Assembly (NCBI GenBank): GCA_030141605.1
Contig: JAQGDQ010000721.1
Location: forward strand, 43,692 to 107,691
Source of the DNA: Tubiluchus corallicola
Lineage: Eukaryota; Animalia; Priapulida
Direction: 5' to 3'
Length of the DNA stretch: 64,000 nucleotides
The notes under the pieces are model-generated. The model was not told where the DNA came from, made no database searches, and worked only from the letters and a program-made list of their open reading frames with translations. Positions 13,540-26,419 of this stretch are shown in pieces. The translations under genes and the position numbers were made by a program. How positions within the stretch are numbered: position 1 is the stretch's first letter; every line of letters begins with the position of its first letter.

Positions 13540-14444
13540 AAAGCAGATATACTGTGTAGCCACTATGAAAGGAAAAAATCGGACTTAAAACCGTTTATTG
13601 TGTACTTGATAAAATAAAAATGTCTAATTCTGTTTCAAACAAAATGTACAAAATAGTAGTAAAGCATTTTTTCGTTTTAAATTTTATACTGTACAAAATC
13701 AGTGTTTTAATTTCTTAATTTCACTCACATTTTAGGTGCTTCAAGCAGAGTTTTAATTGCCTAGCTTCGAAACTAAGACAGCGCATCATTGTACTCGATA
13801 GAGAATGTACAATAGGCAGGCAATAAGTGTCAATATCTTGTCAATAAGATTAAAAATTTGTGAAAGTGACTAGTGCCATTTTACCAATTGGCACAATCAT
13901 TTTTAAATTATTAGTCTAGCTAGTAAAGTCTTTCCAGCAGGTAAGTGAAATGCTACATAAAATAGATAGTTTACATGCACGTCACATAATGGTGCTGTCT
14001 GAACAGTATTTCGGTAGATTTAAAATAAAAAGAAACGAAAATTCCTTTCAACACGAATACGATATGCGCATAAAATTGCTGTAAAGTTGTATAACATTTA
14101 AGGCGATATATTAAACCTACTTCAGGTTCCCTTTTTCTTGACATATAAAATACGATTGCACTGCTTCTGACATGTGGGTAAACCTATCTATGATTGCAGT
14201 GCTTCTGACATGTGTGTAATATTACTGGTGGCATATTTTGTAAAGCCTTAAATTGCGGATCCACTTCAGGGCCTCCATGCACAGCTTAATGGATTTGTAA
14301 AGTATTTGAGGTGAGATGCAGTTCACACCCAGCGCACAAAGAAAGATGTAATCTTGAGCAATTTCGTCTGGAAATTAATAATGATCGAAAATAATTATCC
14401 CCGCTTTTGAAATTTATAATCTCTACGGCAAATTCCTCAAAAAG

Positions 14445-14985
14445 CCCCAAATTTCAGACAAATAGAGAAACGCTCCCTGCACTCAAAAGAGAAGATTAAT
14501 TATAAATCTTTTGAAATGTTTACCAGAGCGGTAGGTTACACCCGCTGACAAAGTAACATTTTAATCCCTAAATTTCAGACAACTTGAGACGTGCTCTCTG
14601 CACACAAAAGAGAAGATTAATTATAAATCTTTTGAAATGTTTACCAGAGCGGCAGGCTACACCCTGCTGACAAAGGAACATTTTAATCCCTAAATTGCAG
14701 ACAACTTGAGACGTGCTCTCTGCACACAAAAGAGAAGATTAATTATAAATCTTTTGAAATGTTTACCAGAGCGGCAGGCTACACCCTGCTGACAAAGGAA
14801 CATTTTAATCCCTAAATTGCAGACAACTTGAGACGTGCTCTCTACACACAAAAGAGAAGATTAATTATAAATCTTTTGAAATGTTTACCAGAGCGGCAGG
14901 TTACACCCTGCCTGCAAAGGAACATTTTAATCCCTAAATTGCAGACAACTTAAGACGTGCTCTCTGCACACAAAAGGAGAAGTTT
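14445..14985. repeat. ~122-bp tandem repeat, ~4.5 copies
   Basis: GAAGATTAATTATAAATC at 14491, 14612, 14734 and ~14856. Confidence 0.92.
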
Positions 14986-15019
14986 ATATTCTGTAGACAT
15001 TCTTGTCTGCATTTACTTT

Positions 15020-15385
15020 TCATCTCTTCTTGCATTCACTGGGGTTCCCAAGGTTAGCTAAACAAAAGCTTCTGCATTTTATTGACATACCTGTCTCTCT
15101 ACTTGCTAAGCGTCTCTTCTTAACTCTTTCCCTGTGAGTTCCAGGGAGGCGGTTTAACTGAACAAAAAGCTTCTGCAGACTATTGACATTCCTGTCTATA
15201 TTTGCTAAACGTCTCTTCTTAACTCTTTACCTGTGAGTTCCAGGGAGGCGGTTTAACTGAACAAAAAGCTTCTGCAGACTATTGACATTCCTGTCTATAT
15301 TTGCTTAGCATCTTTTCTTAACTCTTTCACGAGGAGTTCCAGGGTGGCAGCTTAACCAAACAAAATCTTCTGCAGACTATTGATA
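15020..15385. repeat. ~100-bp tandem repeat, ~3.5 copies
   Basis: Recurrent AACAAAAAGCTTCTGCAGACTATTGAC / TCTTCTTAACTCTTT. Confidence 0.85.
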
Positions 15386-15888
15386 ATATTCTCTGTCTTT
15401 CAGCTCATTCTTTCCAGTATTTAAACAGTAAACAGGGTGTGACGAGTTTACTTAAGAATTCTGAAATCTGGTAAATTCCTTTTTCACAGTTTAACACAAA
15501 AAAGTAAAGTGTTCATCCATGTTTAAATCAAATATAAACGTATTAAATTTGAAAGTGCTTTTATTGAGCGTGATTTTGAAAAATATTTTTGCAAGCTTCT
15601 TCATCGCCAATCAGTGTCTATAAATCACATGTTCGAAACTCATTTTATGCGAGGTTTAATCCTCATAAGAATGTATCATTATGGCTTATTTCCTCTAATT
15701 GTTGCAGAGTTTCTTGAACATGATTGCTTTTCTGAATAATAAAACATTTTATTTAGATAAGTAAACAACACACTGAATCAGTTTGCATCACTCTGCAAAG
15801 CAATGATTAAATCAGCTACTCCAAAAATTGGTAACTACATTGAGAAACTGCTGTGATGGATTAATCTTTCCATTTGATCTACTAGAAT

Positions 15889-16055
15889 CTACTGCTGCTT
15901 CACAATGAAAGCTTTCGTCTCCCAAACCTTCAATTTGGGCTTTTGCCCTTTAGCGGAGTTGCCAGCCAGTGTAGACATAACTTTAACCGTTTGATTTGCC
16001 TCATCAAGAACTTTCCCTCCCCCAATGTCCCCACATGTGTGAGTTATTGAAGGAA
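15889..16055 (-). CDS. Possible orphan terminal exon of an unidentified gene
   Basis: Strong acceptor (ttttatttttattgttttcaccttttag|), open frame xPSITHTCGDIGGGKVLDEANQTVKVMSTLAGNSAKGQKPKLKVWETKAFIVKQQ*, AATAAA ~140 nt downstream; no homology recognised. Confidence 0.3.
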
Positions 16056-16453
16056 CTAAAAGGTGAAAACAATAAAAATAAAAACCGGGGCTAAAATAAA
16101 AGGACTCTACTGTGAGCAGAACCTTAGTTATGTCAAATATCTAGGTCTATTTTGAGATAACAAAATAATTTGGAAATAAATTAATAAATTATGCAAATTA
16201 GGCTCGTACGTGGAAACTCTTTTAAAAGTTTACTTTGTAAAAATTTGTAATTCGACTCAAAAGTAATCAATTACTTAATAATCCAAAAACTAATACAGGG
16301 CCAAAAAATGGCAAACTTTACATAACAAATGTATTTAGAATCATATAAAAACTGTCGCTATTAAGAAATCGTTATCGCACGTGCTATAGCAACAACCATC
16401 TTAAAATTAACGAACTGTACCTCGGTGAATGTCTGTTATTTGTCTACAACTGC

Positions 16454-16878
16454 TGTGAAAGATATTTGTGAAGACGAAATTGAATACTGGTATAAACAAC
16501 TAAACACAAGATTAAATATTTGCACAAGAACTGAAACACTTTTATTGCACTAAATACACATGAGTAAAATGCACAAGTAGAATGATGATCACAACTGCTG
16601 CACAGCACTGAGTGTGTGACAGAGAGACAGTGTGTAACATGACTGCACTGCCTGAGACAGAGAGTGACTAGCAGTGAAATCTAGCCAGTTTATATATGTA
16701 GAGAAGTATGCAAGAACATGGCTTCACATATCCCATTACAGAAAAATAGGGGAGATACAGTGAGTTTGAATATTCATTGGAACATACAATTGCATTAAGG
16801 GGTGAATTCAACTAGTAAATGTTTAAAGTAACGAATCAATAGATGGCAGCACCTAAATATACAGTTATAACTTTCACA
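16454..16878 (-). repeat. 3' LTR (425 bp)
   Basis: Near-identical to 21987-22419; adjacent to the PPT. Confidence 0.95.
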
Positions 16879-16984
16879 TCCTCCCACCTTGAAACGAAAA
16901 TAATTAGAGTGTCAATACATGTCAATACAATACAAAATGTCAAATAAATGAAACAATGCAAATTAGGAGGTATGTCATTAAAGA

Positions 16985-19900
16985 TCAGGTGCATTCTAAG
17001 GGGTAGAGGAGACAAAGGGGACGGCGAGTAAGGCGTCCGTGACTCCTGATGTAGGCGGCTCGTGGATTTCCGTCTCGACCGGGAATCAGTGATTCGATCC
17101 TCCCTAGTGGCCAACGCCATCGAGGTAGAGGCTTGGAATGGACGAGAACGATGTCTCCTTCCTTCGGAGTAGCTGGAGATCTTGTCTTGGTTCTCCATTG
17201 TCATAAGGATAGAAGGTACTCGTTCCTCCATCTGGACCAAAGATGTGTGCTGATGGTGAGACGATGTTTCCATCTCCTCTGTAGATCTTCAGGAGGTGGT
17301 GAATCGTGGATGCCTATGTCCAAAAGTGCTGGTGGAGTAGCTCCAAAGATGAAGTGTCCTGGAGTCAAAGGTTCATCTCCGGACAAAACGAGAGGGCACC
17401 GATTGATGCGTTCCTCTAACTCTGTGACCACTGTGGTGAGTTCAGTCAGAGATAAAGATGTGCTGCCAAGTGTCTGGCGACAAGAACGTTTGATAGTTCC
17501 GATGAGTCTTTCCCAGTAACCTCCCCACCAGGGTGCAGCTTCAGGGATGAAGGTCCAGGTTAGACTCCTCTGCATGTGTTTCGCCAAGCTGACGAATGAT
17601 CGAGCGTTGTCGCTGTAGAATTGTGCGGGTCCACGGCGTGCTAAGAACCGACGAATAGCTAGTCCAGTGTCCTTCTCATTGAGTGAGGTGACAACTTCCA
17701 TGTGTATGGCTCTAGTGACGGCACATGTGAACAGAAGAACCCATGATTTGGTCTGGTCGCCAAGATACAATGGGCCGAAGTGATCAAGTCCAGTATGCGC
17801 AAATGGTCGCGCTTCTGTGACTCTGAATGGTGGAAGACTGCCTTCAGTAGAAGTGTATGGTCGTCCTTGAAGCTTCTTGCAGGAAACGCACTTCTGGAGA
17901 ATCTTCTTGACAGTCCTGTGAGGCTTTGGGAGCCAGTAGCATTTGCTAACTTCTGTAGCTGTTGTGGAAACGCCTTGATGATAAAGTTTGTGATGACAAT
18001 CCATGATGATAAGTGATGTAAGTGGCGAGCCTGGGTGTAACCAAGGTATCATCTGCTCACCATTTCTCGGTGTACACATAATGAGTTGAAGAGATTTGGA
18101 CCACTGCGGACGAGCATTCCAAAGTGAAGAAGAGGGAGTTACATCACCATCTTTTTGCAAGTTAAGTATGTCTGCAGAGTTGTAAACATACTGACTGTCT
18201 CTGAGAAGAGCGTTTATCGCCTTGACTCTCTCGTGTGGCGTAAGTGGTCCGCCGACGCGAGTTGACTTGAGGAGTCGTGAATTATGAACGAATCTGAGCA
18301 CATAAGAGGTTATGTTTATAGCTCGTTGTAAGGAAGACCATCGGTCCACAGGAAAAAGTGGTGTCTTCTCTGAGTCTGTAAGAGGAGTTGTTACAGTGAG
18401 CAAAGTGGAGGACTTCTGTTCGCAGACAGAGTAGTTCGACTCCTCCCTGAGTGTGAGAAAAGGTGGACCATGTCTCCAAAGGTCCAGGTGTTGCAAGTAG
18501 AGTAGCTTGCAACCTCGAGTTGGCAGATCTGCGGGATTCTGCGAACTAGGTACGTGAGACCACTCGCATGCTTGCGAGAGTGTGTGGATCTCACGAACTC
18601 GATTCCTCACGAACACGTCTTTTGGCATACTGCGTATCCATCCGAGTGTTACCATTGAGTCCGAGTAGAAATGTCTGAGACATGATGATAGGACTGGTAC
18701 ATGCTGCTGGATGTAAGTCCCTAGACGAGCCCCAAGAAGAGCAGCCATCAGCTCTAAACGTGGAAGAGTCAGAGTCTGTGGTTTAAGTGGGGCTAGTTTG
18801 CTCTTCGAAATGAGTAAGTCGACATTGGTGTCTGTCTTGATGTACGCAACAGCTGCATAAGCTGCCTCACTAGAATCACAAAGGATGTGAAGTTCAGAGT
18901 GTGAAGTCATTGGTACGTATCGAGGAAAGTGTATCCTGGATTCGTGTTGCTGTGTTTCCTCAATGAAACGACCCCATTGTACTGCAGTACTGGAAGGTAG
19001 TTCATCTTCCCAGTTGAGTGACTCTCTCCAGAGTGACTGAAAGAGAATCCTGAGACGTATGGTGAAGGGGGAAATAAATCCCAGAGGATCGAAAATCTTG
19101 GAGATTTCGGCTAGCATTTGACGCTTAGTGATGGGAGGTTCAGATGAAAGCTTCAGGCTGGCGGCTATGGTATCAGATTGATGGCACCAGCTGAGGCCAA
19201 GAACTTTGGTAAAGTCATCAGTGTTGCACTCCCACCGTTCTCTTGTAGAAGAGGAAGAAGTCTGCCAAGCACGAAGGTTCATGCCGGCACTGGCGAAGGC
19301 TTGAATAGCTTCGGATTTGAATGAATCGATGTCGGTTTCGTAGTCGCAACCGGATACGAGATTGTCGACATACATATTGTGCCTAAGAGAGGTGACTGTT
19401 GAAGTCGCCGGTAGGCTGTCTAGATGCATCGCAATGATGGCATGAAGAATGGCGGGGCTTGCAGAACAAATCTGCTGACGTGCTGTTTGCCGTCCAAGTC
19501 CCAAATGAATTTGAGAAATTCTCGATCTGGAGGCGAGATTCCAATCATCAGGAAGGCTTTCTCGATATCAGCAATTAGACCAATTTGGTGACTGCGGAAA
19601 CGTACCAGAATGGCTAAAAGGTCGCTGAGCATGTTGGGACCGGTTACCAGACAATCGTTGATGCTGAGGCCAATGGTAGGCTTTGCTGAGCCGTTGAAAA
19701 CAACTCGCAACTTTGTTCCTTGGATGAGACTATGATGGGGTAGGAAATTGCCACCATCTGTGTTAGGTGCGTCTTCAATGATTCCAAGGGTTTGCCACTC
19801 TTTTAAAGAGTCTCTGTATCGATGTTGCCGTTCTGGAGGCAACCTGTAGAAAGATCGACTATGTGCCAAGGCTTGTTGTTTAGTGAACTGTGGACGTTCG

Positions 19901-21909
19901 AACCCAGCCCATGGCAAAGTAGTCTCGTATCGACCATCAATGTGTTTGATGGATAAAGGAAACTCGTCCTTTTCCGTGTCAGGATGAATGTTCATGGACT
20001 CCAACTGCCACCAAGATTCACAGATATTGGCATCTGCATTCCTAGAGTACAGAGTGCGTACAAGAGGAACCAAGGAGGAATGTTGTGACAGGGAGTTAGG
20101 AACGCAACCACTCAAGGTCCAACCAAAGATGGTAGGAATCAGCATAAGATTGGAGTGGAAGATGGGAGCATTAGGGGTAAAGATGTGAGGAAGGGCATCA
20201 TTACCAACCAATACATCAATAGGCAATTGTAATTGACTGTAATCATCAGCATAATCTAAACCTTGTGGTAACATAGTTAAGCACGACAATTCAACACCCT
20301 GAAGGGGTGAACATATGAAGGGAACAACCCAACAATTCATAAAATACCATTGATCATCATACATACTACGCAGTTTGAACTCATATTTCTGTCTGTTAAT
20401 TGAGGAAGTATTCGTCCCACCAAAAGTTTGAACTTGAAACAACTTACATTGAGTAGCCCGTTTGCGTTGAATTTGTTGACTGAGAGCTTCGCTGATGTAA
20501 GTCTCTTCCGATCCACTATCCAGGAGTAGACGAACCGGACGATCAATTCCATCCATGTGGACAAGAACTGTCTGTAGAACGGTGCGGTGACCATTGCTGG
20601 TAGTTTTCACCATGCAGTTGAGTTTAGAAGAAGGCGGATCACAAACAACACTAGGAGAACTTCCGCTGAATGCACTGTTTGAAGAAACACGATGCAGCAG
20701 TGTATGATGCAAGGAACCACATTCTTGACACACATTCTTGGATGTGCACTGTTGTAATCGATGTGACCATAAACAATTGAAACACAAGTGTCTGTCCCTG
20801 ATGAGCTGCTGTCGAGCATCAACGGACAAGCTTAAGAACTTCTGACAATGGAAAGGGGTTCTGCACGAATCGCCACACAATAAACATGACTGACTGTTAT
20901 TGGTGCCCCTTGTCAGAAATGTAGAACGTTTACTAGAACACTGTTTCACAGTTGGTTGAGGAGGCTTCTCGACGAAGTAGTTGACTTCTCTGACACGCTC
21001 ACGAGCTTGGATGTCATCTCTGAGAAACTCCATAAGTTCCGTGACTGTACCTTCTTCGTCCGCATCCTTCTTTGCCCATTGGAGACGAAGATGTGAAGGA
21101 ATACGAGACAACAGGACCGGTATTAGTAACCGACCATAAGAATCCGAAGTGGCATGGAGGGCTTCGAGACCCCGTACGTTTGTCTCAAGTTGATCGAGCA
21201 CTTTACGAAGTGGCTTCGCATCGAGAGAGGTGCATGGTTGCAATCGAAGAAGTGCTGACATATGCGCACTTATTAGTGCTTCTTTGCGTCCGAACCGACG
21301 CTCAAGTAGATGAATGGCGGTTGCATAATTAGCTGAAGAAAGAGGCAACCCGGCAATGGCTGTGGCAGGCTCACCGCATAGTTGACCTTTCAAGTAAGTG
21401 AACTTCTGCACAGGTGCTAAATGCTCATGAGAATGAACAGCAGCATCGAACTGCTCCCAGAACGCCAGCCATTCCAGAATCTGGCCATCAAATTTCGGCA
21501 GTATTAGCTTAGGTAAGCGAGTAAAAGCTGTTGAACGAGCAAGTGAATTGTCAGAGAGAGTGTCAGCTCGGCTGACACCTGCGGCAGGACCAGTGGTAGG
21601 ATGGTCAGCTGCGGAAGCAGGGCCAAGAAATTGATTGGCACGATGTACTTCACGTGTAATTCGCCATTTGTACTCATCAGCAGATTCGACTTCCTCATCG
21701 AGTGATACCTGTTCGGCGTCAGCGTCTAACAACTGTGACAAGATGTTGTTGTCTGCTTCAAACAGGCGTTCTGCCCTTTCAGTAACAATTGATAAGAGAA
21801 GGCTTACCTCTTCTTTCCTCGGAATCTCTTGATTTAGCTCGTCAGCCTTAGTGAGTGAAGATCTCAGAGCTCGACGAACTCGTTTAGTTTTCTCCACTTG
21901 CTCCGTCAT
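16985..21909 (-). pseudogene. BEL/Pao gag-pol polyprotein
   Basis: DUF1759-like gag (LPKFDGQILEWLAFWEQF), CCHC knuckles, protease LLDSGS, RT (ADIEKAFL, YVDN), Pao RNaseH (CDSSEAAYAA, LPRLELMAA, NPADLPTRG), integrase (GLDHFGP, SDNA, PWWGGYWERL). Frameshift near 19460 and an in-frame TGA at 17201-03; the frame continues to LYPLECT* at 16985. Confidence 0.93.
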
Positions 21910-21962
21910 GTTGACGACAGAAGTAGAAGTCCTGTGTGGTTATCCCTGTGCGCTGTCTGGGC

Positions 21963-21984
21963 TCGAATCCGGCTCGAAGGACCA
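21963..21984 (-). promoter_or_regulatory. Primer-binding site (tRNA-Tyr)
   Basis: TGGTCCTTCGAGCCGGATTCGA, 2 nt inside the 5' LTR boundary, complementary to the tRNA-Tyr 3' end. Confidence 0.85.
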
Positions 21985-21986
21985 TA

Positions 21987-22419
21987 TGTGAAAGATATTT
22001 GTGAAGACGAAATTGAACACTGGTATAAACAACTAAACACAAGATTAAATATTTGCACAAGAACTGAAACACTTTTATTGCACTAAATACACATGAGTAA
22101 AATGCACAAGTAGAATGATGATCACAACTGCTGCACAGCACTGAGTGTGTGACAGAGAGACAGTGTGTAACATGACTGCACTGCCTGAGACAGAGAGTGA
22201 CTAGCAGTGAAATCTAGCCAGTTTATATATGTAGAGAAGTATGCAAGAACTGGGCTTCACATATCCCATTACAGAAAAATAGGGGAGATACAGTGAGTTT
22301 GAATATTCATTGGAACATACAATTGCATTAAGGGGTGAATTCAACTAGTAAATGTTTCGAATAAACAAGTAACGAATCAATAGATGGCAGCACCTAAATA
22401 TACAGTTATAACTTTCACA
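21987..22419 (-). repeat. 5' LTR (433 bp)
   Basis: Direct repeat of 16454-16878 with a few substitutions and one indel. Confidence 0.95.
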
Positions 22420-25400
22420 TTGTGTTTCTTACAGGTGTATCATTGTGTGTCTCATATCATCATTGTGTTTCTTACAGGCGTATCATTGTGTGTCTCATAT
22501 CATCATTGTGTTTCTTACAGACGTATCATTGTGTGTCTCATATCATCACTGTGTTTCTTACAGGCATATCATTGTGTGCCTCATATCATCTCATCATCAC
22601 TGTGTTTATTACAGGCGTATCATTGTGTGCCTCATATCATCATTGTGTTTCTTACAGGCATATCATTGTGTGCCTCATATCATCACTGTGTTTCTTACAG
22701 GCATATCATTGTGTGCCTCATATCATCACTGTGTTTCTTACAGCCGTATCATTGTGTGCCTCATATCATCACTGTGTTTCTTACAGGCGTATCATTGTGT
22801 GCCTCATATCATCATTGTGTTTCTTACAGGCATATCATTGTGTGCCTCATATCATCATTGTGTTTCTTACAGGCATATCATTGTGTGCCTCATATCATCA
22901 CTGTGTTTCTTACAGGCATATCATTGTGTGCCTCATATCATCACTGTGTTTCTTACAGGCGTATCATTGTGTGCCTCATATCATCTCATCATCATTGTGT
23001 TTCTTACAGGCGTATCATTGTGTGTCTCATATCATTGCATCGTCACTGTGTTTCTTGCAGGCGTATCATTGTGTGCCTCATATCATCATCGTGTTTCTTA
23101 CAGGCATATCATTGTGTGCCTCATATCATATCATCATCACTCTGTTTCTTACAGGCGTATCATTGTGTGCCTCATATCATATCATCATCACTCTGTTTCT
23201 TACAGGCATATCATTGTGTGCCTCATATCATATCATCACTGTGTTTCTTACAGGCATATCATTGTGTGCCTCATATCATCATTGTGTTTCTTACAGGCGT
23301 ATCATTGTGTGTCTCATATCATCATTGTGTTTCTTACAGGCGTATCATTGTGTGCCTCATATCATCTCATCATCACTGTGTTTATTACAGGCGTATCATT
23401 GTGTGCCTCATATCATATCATCATCACTCTGTTTCTTACAGACGTATCATTGTGTGTCTCATATCATCATTGTGTTTCTTACAGGCATATCATTGTGTGC
23501 CTCATATCATCTCATCATCACTGTATTTATTACAGACGTATCATTGTGTGTCTCATATCATCATTGTGTTTTTTACAGGCATATCATTGTGTGCCTCATA
23601 TCTTCACTGTGTTTCTTACGGGCATATCATTGTGTGCCTCATATCATCATTGTGTTTTTTACAAGCGTATCATTGTGTGCCTCATATCATCTCATCATCA
23701 CTGTGTTTCTTACAGGCATATCATTGTGTGCCTCATATCATCTCATCATCACTGTGTTTCTTACAGGCATATCATTGTGTGCCTCATATCATCTCATCAT
23801 CATAGTGTTTCTTACAGGCGTATCATTGTGTGTCTCATATCATAATTGTGTTTCTTACAGGCGTATCATTGTGTGCCTCATATCATCTCATCATCACTGT
23901 GTTTCTTACAGGCGTATCATTGTGTGCCTCATATCATCATTGTGTTTCTTACAGGCATATCATCGTGTGCCTCATATCATATCATCATCACTCTGTTTCT
24001 TACAGGCATATCATTGTGTGCCTCATAGCATCTCATCATCATTGTGTTTCTTACAGGCGTATCATTGTGTGTCTCATATCACCATTGTGTTTCTTACAGG
24101 CGTATCATTGTGTGCCTCATATCATCTCATCATCACTGTGTTTATTACAGGCGTATCATTGTGTGCCTCATATCATATCATCATCACTCTGTTTCTTACA
24201 GACGTATCATTGTGTGTCTCATATCATCATTGTGTTTCTTACAGGCATATCATTGTGTGCCTCATATCATCTCATCATCACTGTGTTTATTACAGACGTA
24301 TCATTGTGTGTCTCATATCATCATTGTGTTTCTTACAGGCGTATCATTGTGTGCCTCATATCATCTCATCATCACTGTGTTTATTACAGGCACACATTTG
24401 CCTCATATCATCACTGTGTTTCTTACAGGCATATCATTGTGTGCCTCATATCATCACTGTGTTTCTTACAGGCATATCATTGTGTGTCTCATATCATCAT
24501 TGTGTTTCTTACAGGCGTATCATTGTGTGCCTCATATCATCACTGTGTTTCTTACAGGCATATCATTGTGTGTCTCATATCATCATTGTGTTTCTTACAG
24601 GCGTATCATTGTGTGCCTCATATCATATCATCATCACTCTGTTTCTTACAGGCGTATCATTGTGTGCCTCATATCATCACTGTGTTTCTTACAGGCATAT
24701 CATTGTGTGTCTCATATCATCATTGTGTTTCTTACAGGCGTATCATTGTGTGTCTCATATCATCATTGTGTTTCTTACAGGCGTATCATTGTGTGCCTCA
24801 TATCATCATCTGTGTTTCTTACAGGCATATCATTGTGTGTCTCATATCATCATTGTGTTTCTTACAGGCGTATCATTGTGTGCCTCATATCATATCATCA
24901 TCACTCTGTTTCTTACAGGCGTATCATTGTGTGCCTCATATCATCACTGTGTTTCTTACAGGCATATCATTGTGTGTCTCATATCATCATTGTGTTTCTT
25001 ACAGGCTATCATTGTGTGTCTCATATCATCATGTGTTTCTTACAGGCGTATCATTGTGTGTTCATTTGTTTCTTACAGGCGTATCATTGTGTGCCTCATA
25101 TCATATCATCATCACTCTGTTTCTTACAGACGTATCATTGTGTGTCTCATATCATCATTGTGTTTCTTACAGGCATATCATTGTGTGTCTCATATCATCA
25201 TTGTGTTTCTTACAGGCATATCATTGTGTGTCTCATATCATCATTGTGTTTCTTACAGGCGTATCATTGTGTGTCTCATATCATCATTGTGTTTCTTACA
25301 GGCGTATCATTGTGTGTCTCATATCATCATTGTGTTTCTTACAGGCGTATCATTGTGTGTCTCATATCATCATTGTGTTTCTTACAGGCGTATCATTGTG

Positions 25401-26419
25401 TGCCTCATATCATCACTGTGTTTCTTACAGGCATATCATTGTGTGCCTCATATCATCTCATCATCATTGTGTTTCTTACAGGGGTATCATTGTGTGCCTC
25501 ATATCATATCATCATCATTGTGTTTCTTACAGGCATATCATTGTGTGCCTCATATCATCACTGTGTTTCTTACAGGCATATCATTGTGTGCCTCATATCA
25601 TCACTGTGTTTCTTACAGGCATATCATTGTGTGCCTCATATCATCACTGTGTTTCTTACAGGCGTATCATTGTGTGCCTCATATCATCACTGTGTTTCTT
25701 ACAGGCATATCATTGTGTGTCTCATATCATCATTGTGTTTCTTACAGGCATATCATTGTGTGCCTCATATCATCATTGTGTTTCTTACAGGCGTATCATT
25801 GTGTGCCTCATATCATCATTGTGTTTCTTACAGGCGTATCATTGTGTGCCTCATATCATATCATCATCACTGTGTTTCTTACAGGCGTATCATTGTGTGC
25901 CTCATATCATCATTGTGTTTCTTACAGGCATATCATTGTGTGTCTCATATCATCATTGTGTTTCTTACAGGCGTATCATTGTGTGTCTCATATCATCATT
26001 GTGTTTCTTACAGGCGTATCATTGTGTGTCTCATATCATCATTGTGTTTCTTACAGGCGTATCATTGTGTGCCTCATATCATCACTGTGTTTCTTACAGG
26101 CATATCATTGTGTGTCTCATATCATCACTCTGTTTCTTACAGGCGTATCATTGTGTGCCTCATATCATCACTGTGTTTCTTACAGGCATATCATTGTGTG
26201 TCTCATATCATCATTGTGTTTCTTACAGGCGTATCATTGTGTGTCTCATATCATCATTGTGTTTCTTACGGGCATATCATTGTGTGCCTCATATCATCAC
26301 TTTGTTTCTTACAGGCATATCATTGTGTGCCTCATATCATCTCATCATCACTGTGTTTCTTACAGGCATATAATTGTGTGCCTCATATCATCACTGTGTT
26401 TCTTACAGGCATATCATTG
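22420..26419 (+). repeat. 43/51-bp minisatellite (~90 copies) built from the PIGN 3' splice site
   Basis: Unit TGTGTTTCTTACAG|GCATATCATTGTGTGCCTCATATCATCA(C/T); the last unit runs directly into the PIGN exon. Confidence 0.97.

Larger units (their letters stand above)
16454..22419 (-). mobile_element. BEL/Pao LTR retrotransposon, full-length, two disabling lesions
   Basis: Paired LTRs with TGTGAAAG...CTTTCACA ends, tRNA-Tyr PBS, PPT GGTGGGAGGA (16879-16888), and gag-PR-RT-RNaseH-IN domain order. Confidence 0.97.

Noticed and set aside
16836-17273. 145-aa ORF after pol as a possible env or extra gene
   Set aside because: Alternative-frame overlap of the pol C-terminus and 3' UTR, running into the LTR; no envelope features recognised.
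21963-21984. tRNA-Tyr-like sequence
   Set aside because: It is the retrotransposon primer-binding site, not a tRNA gene.
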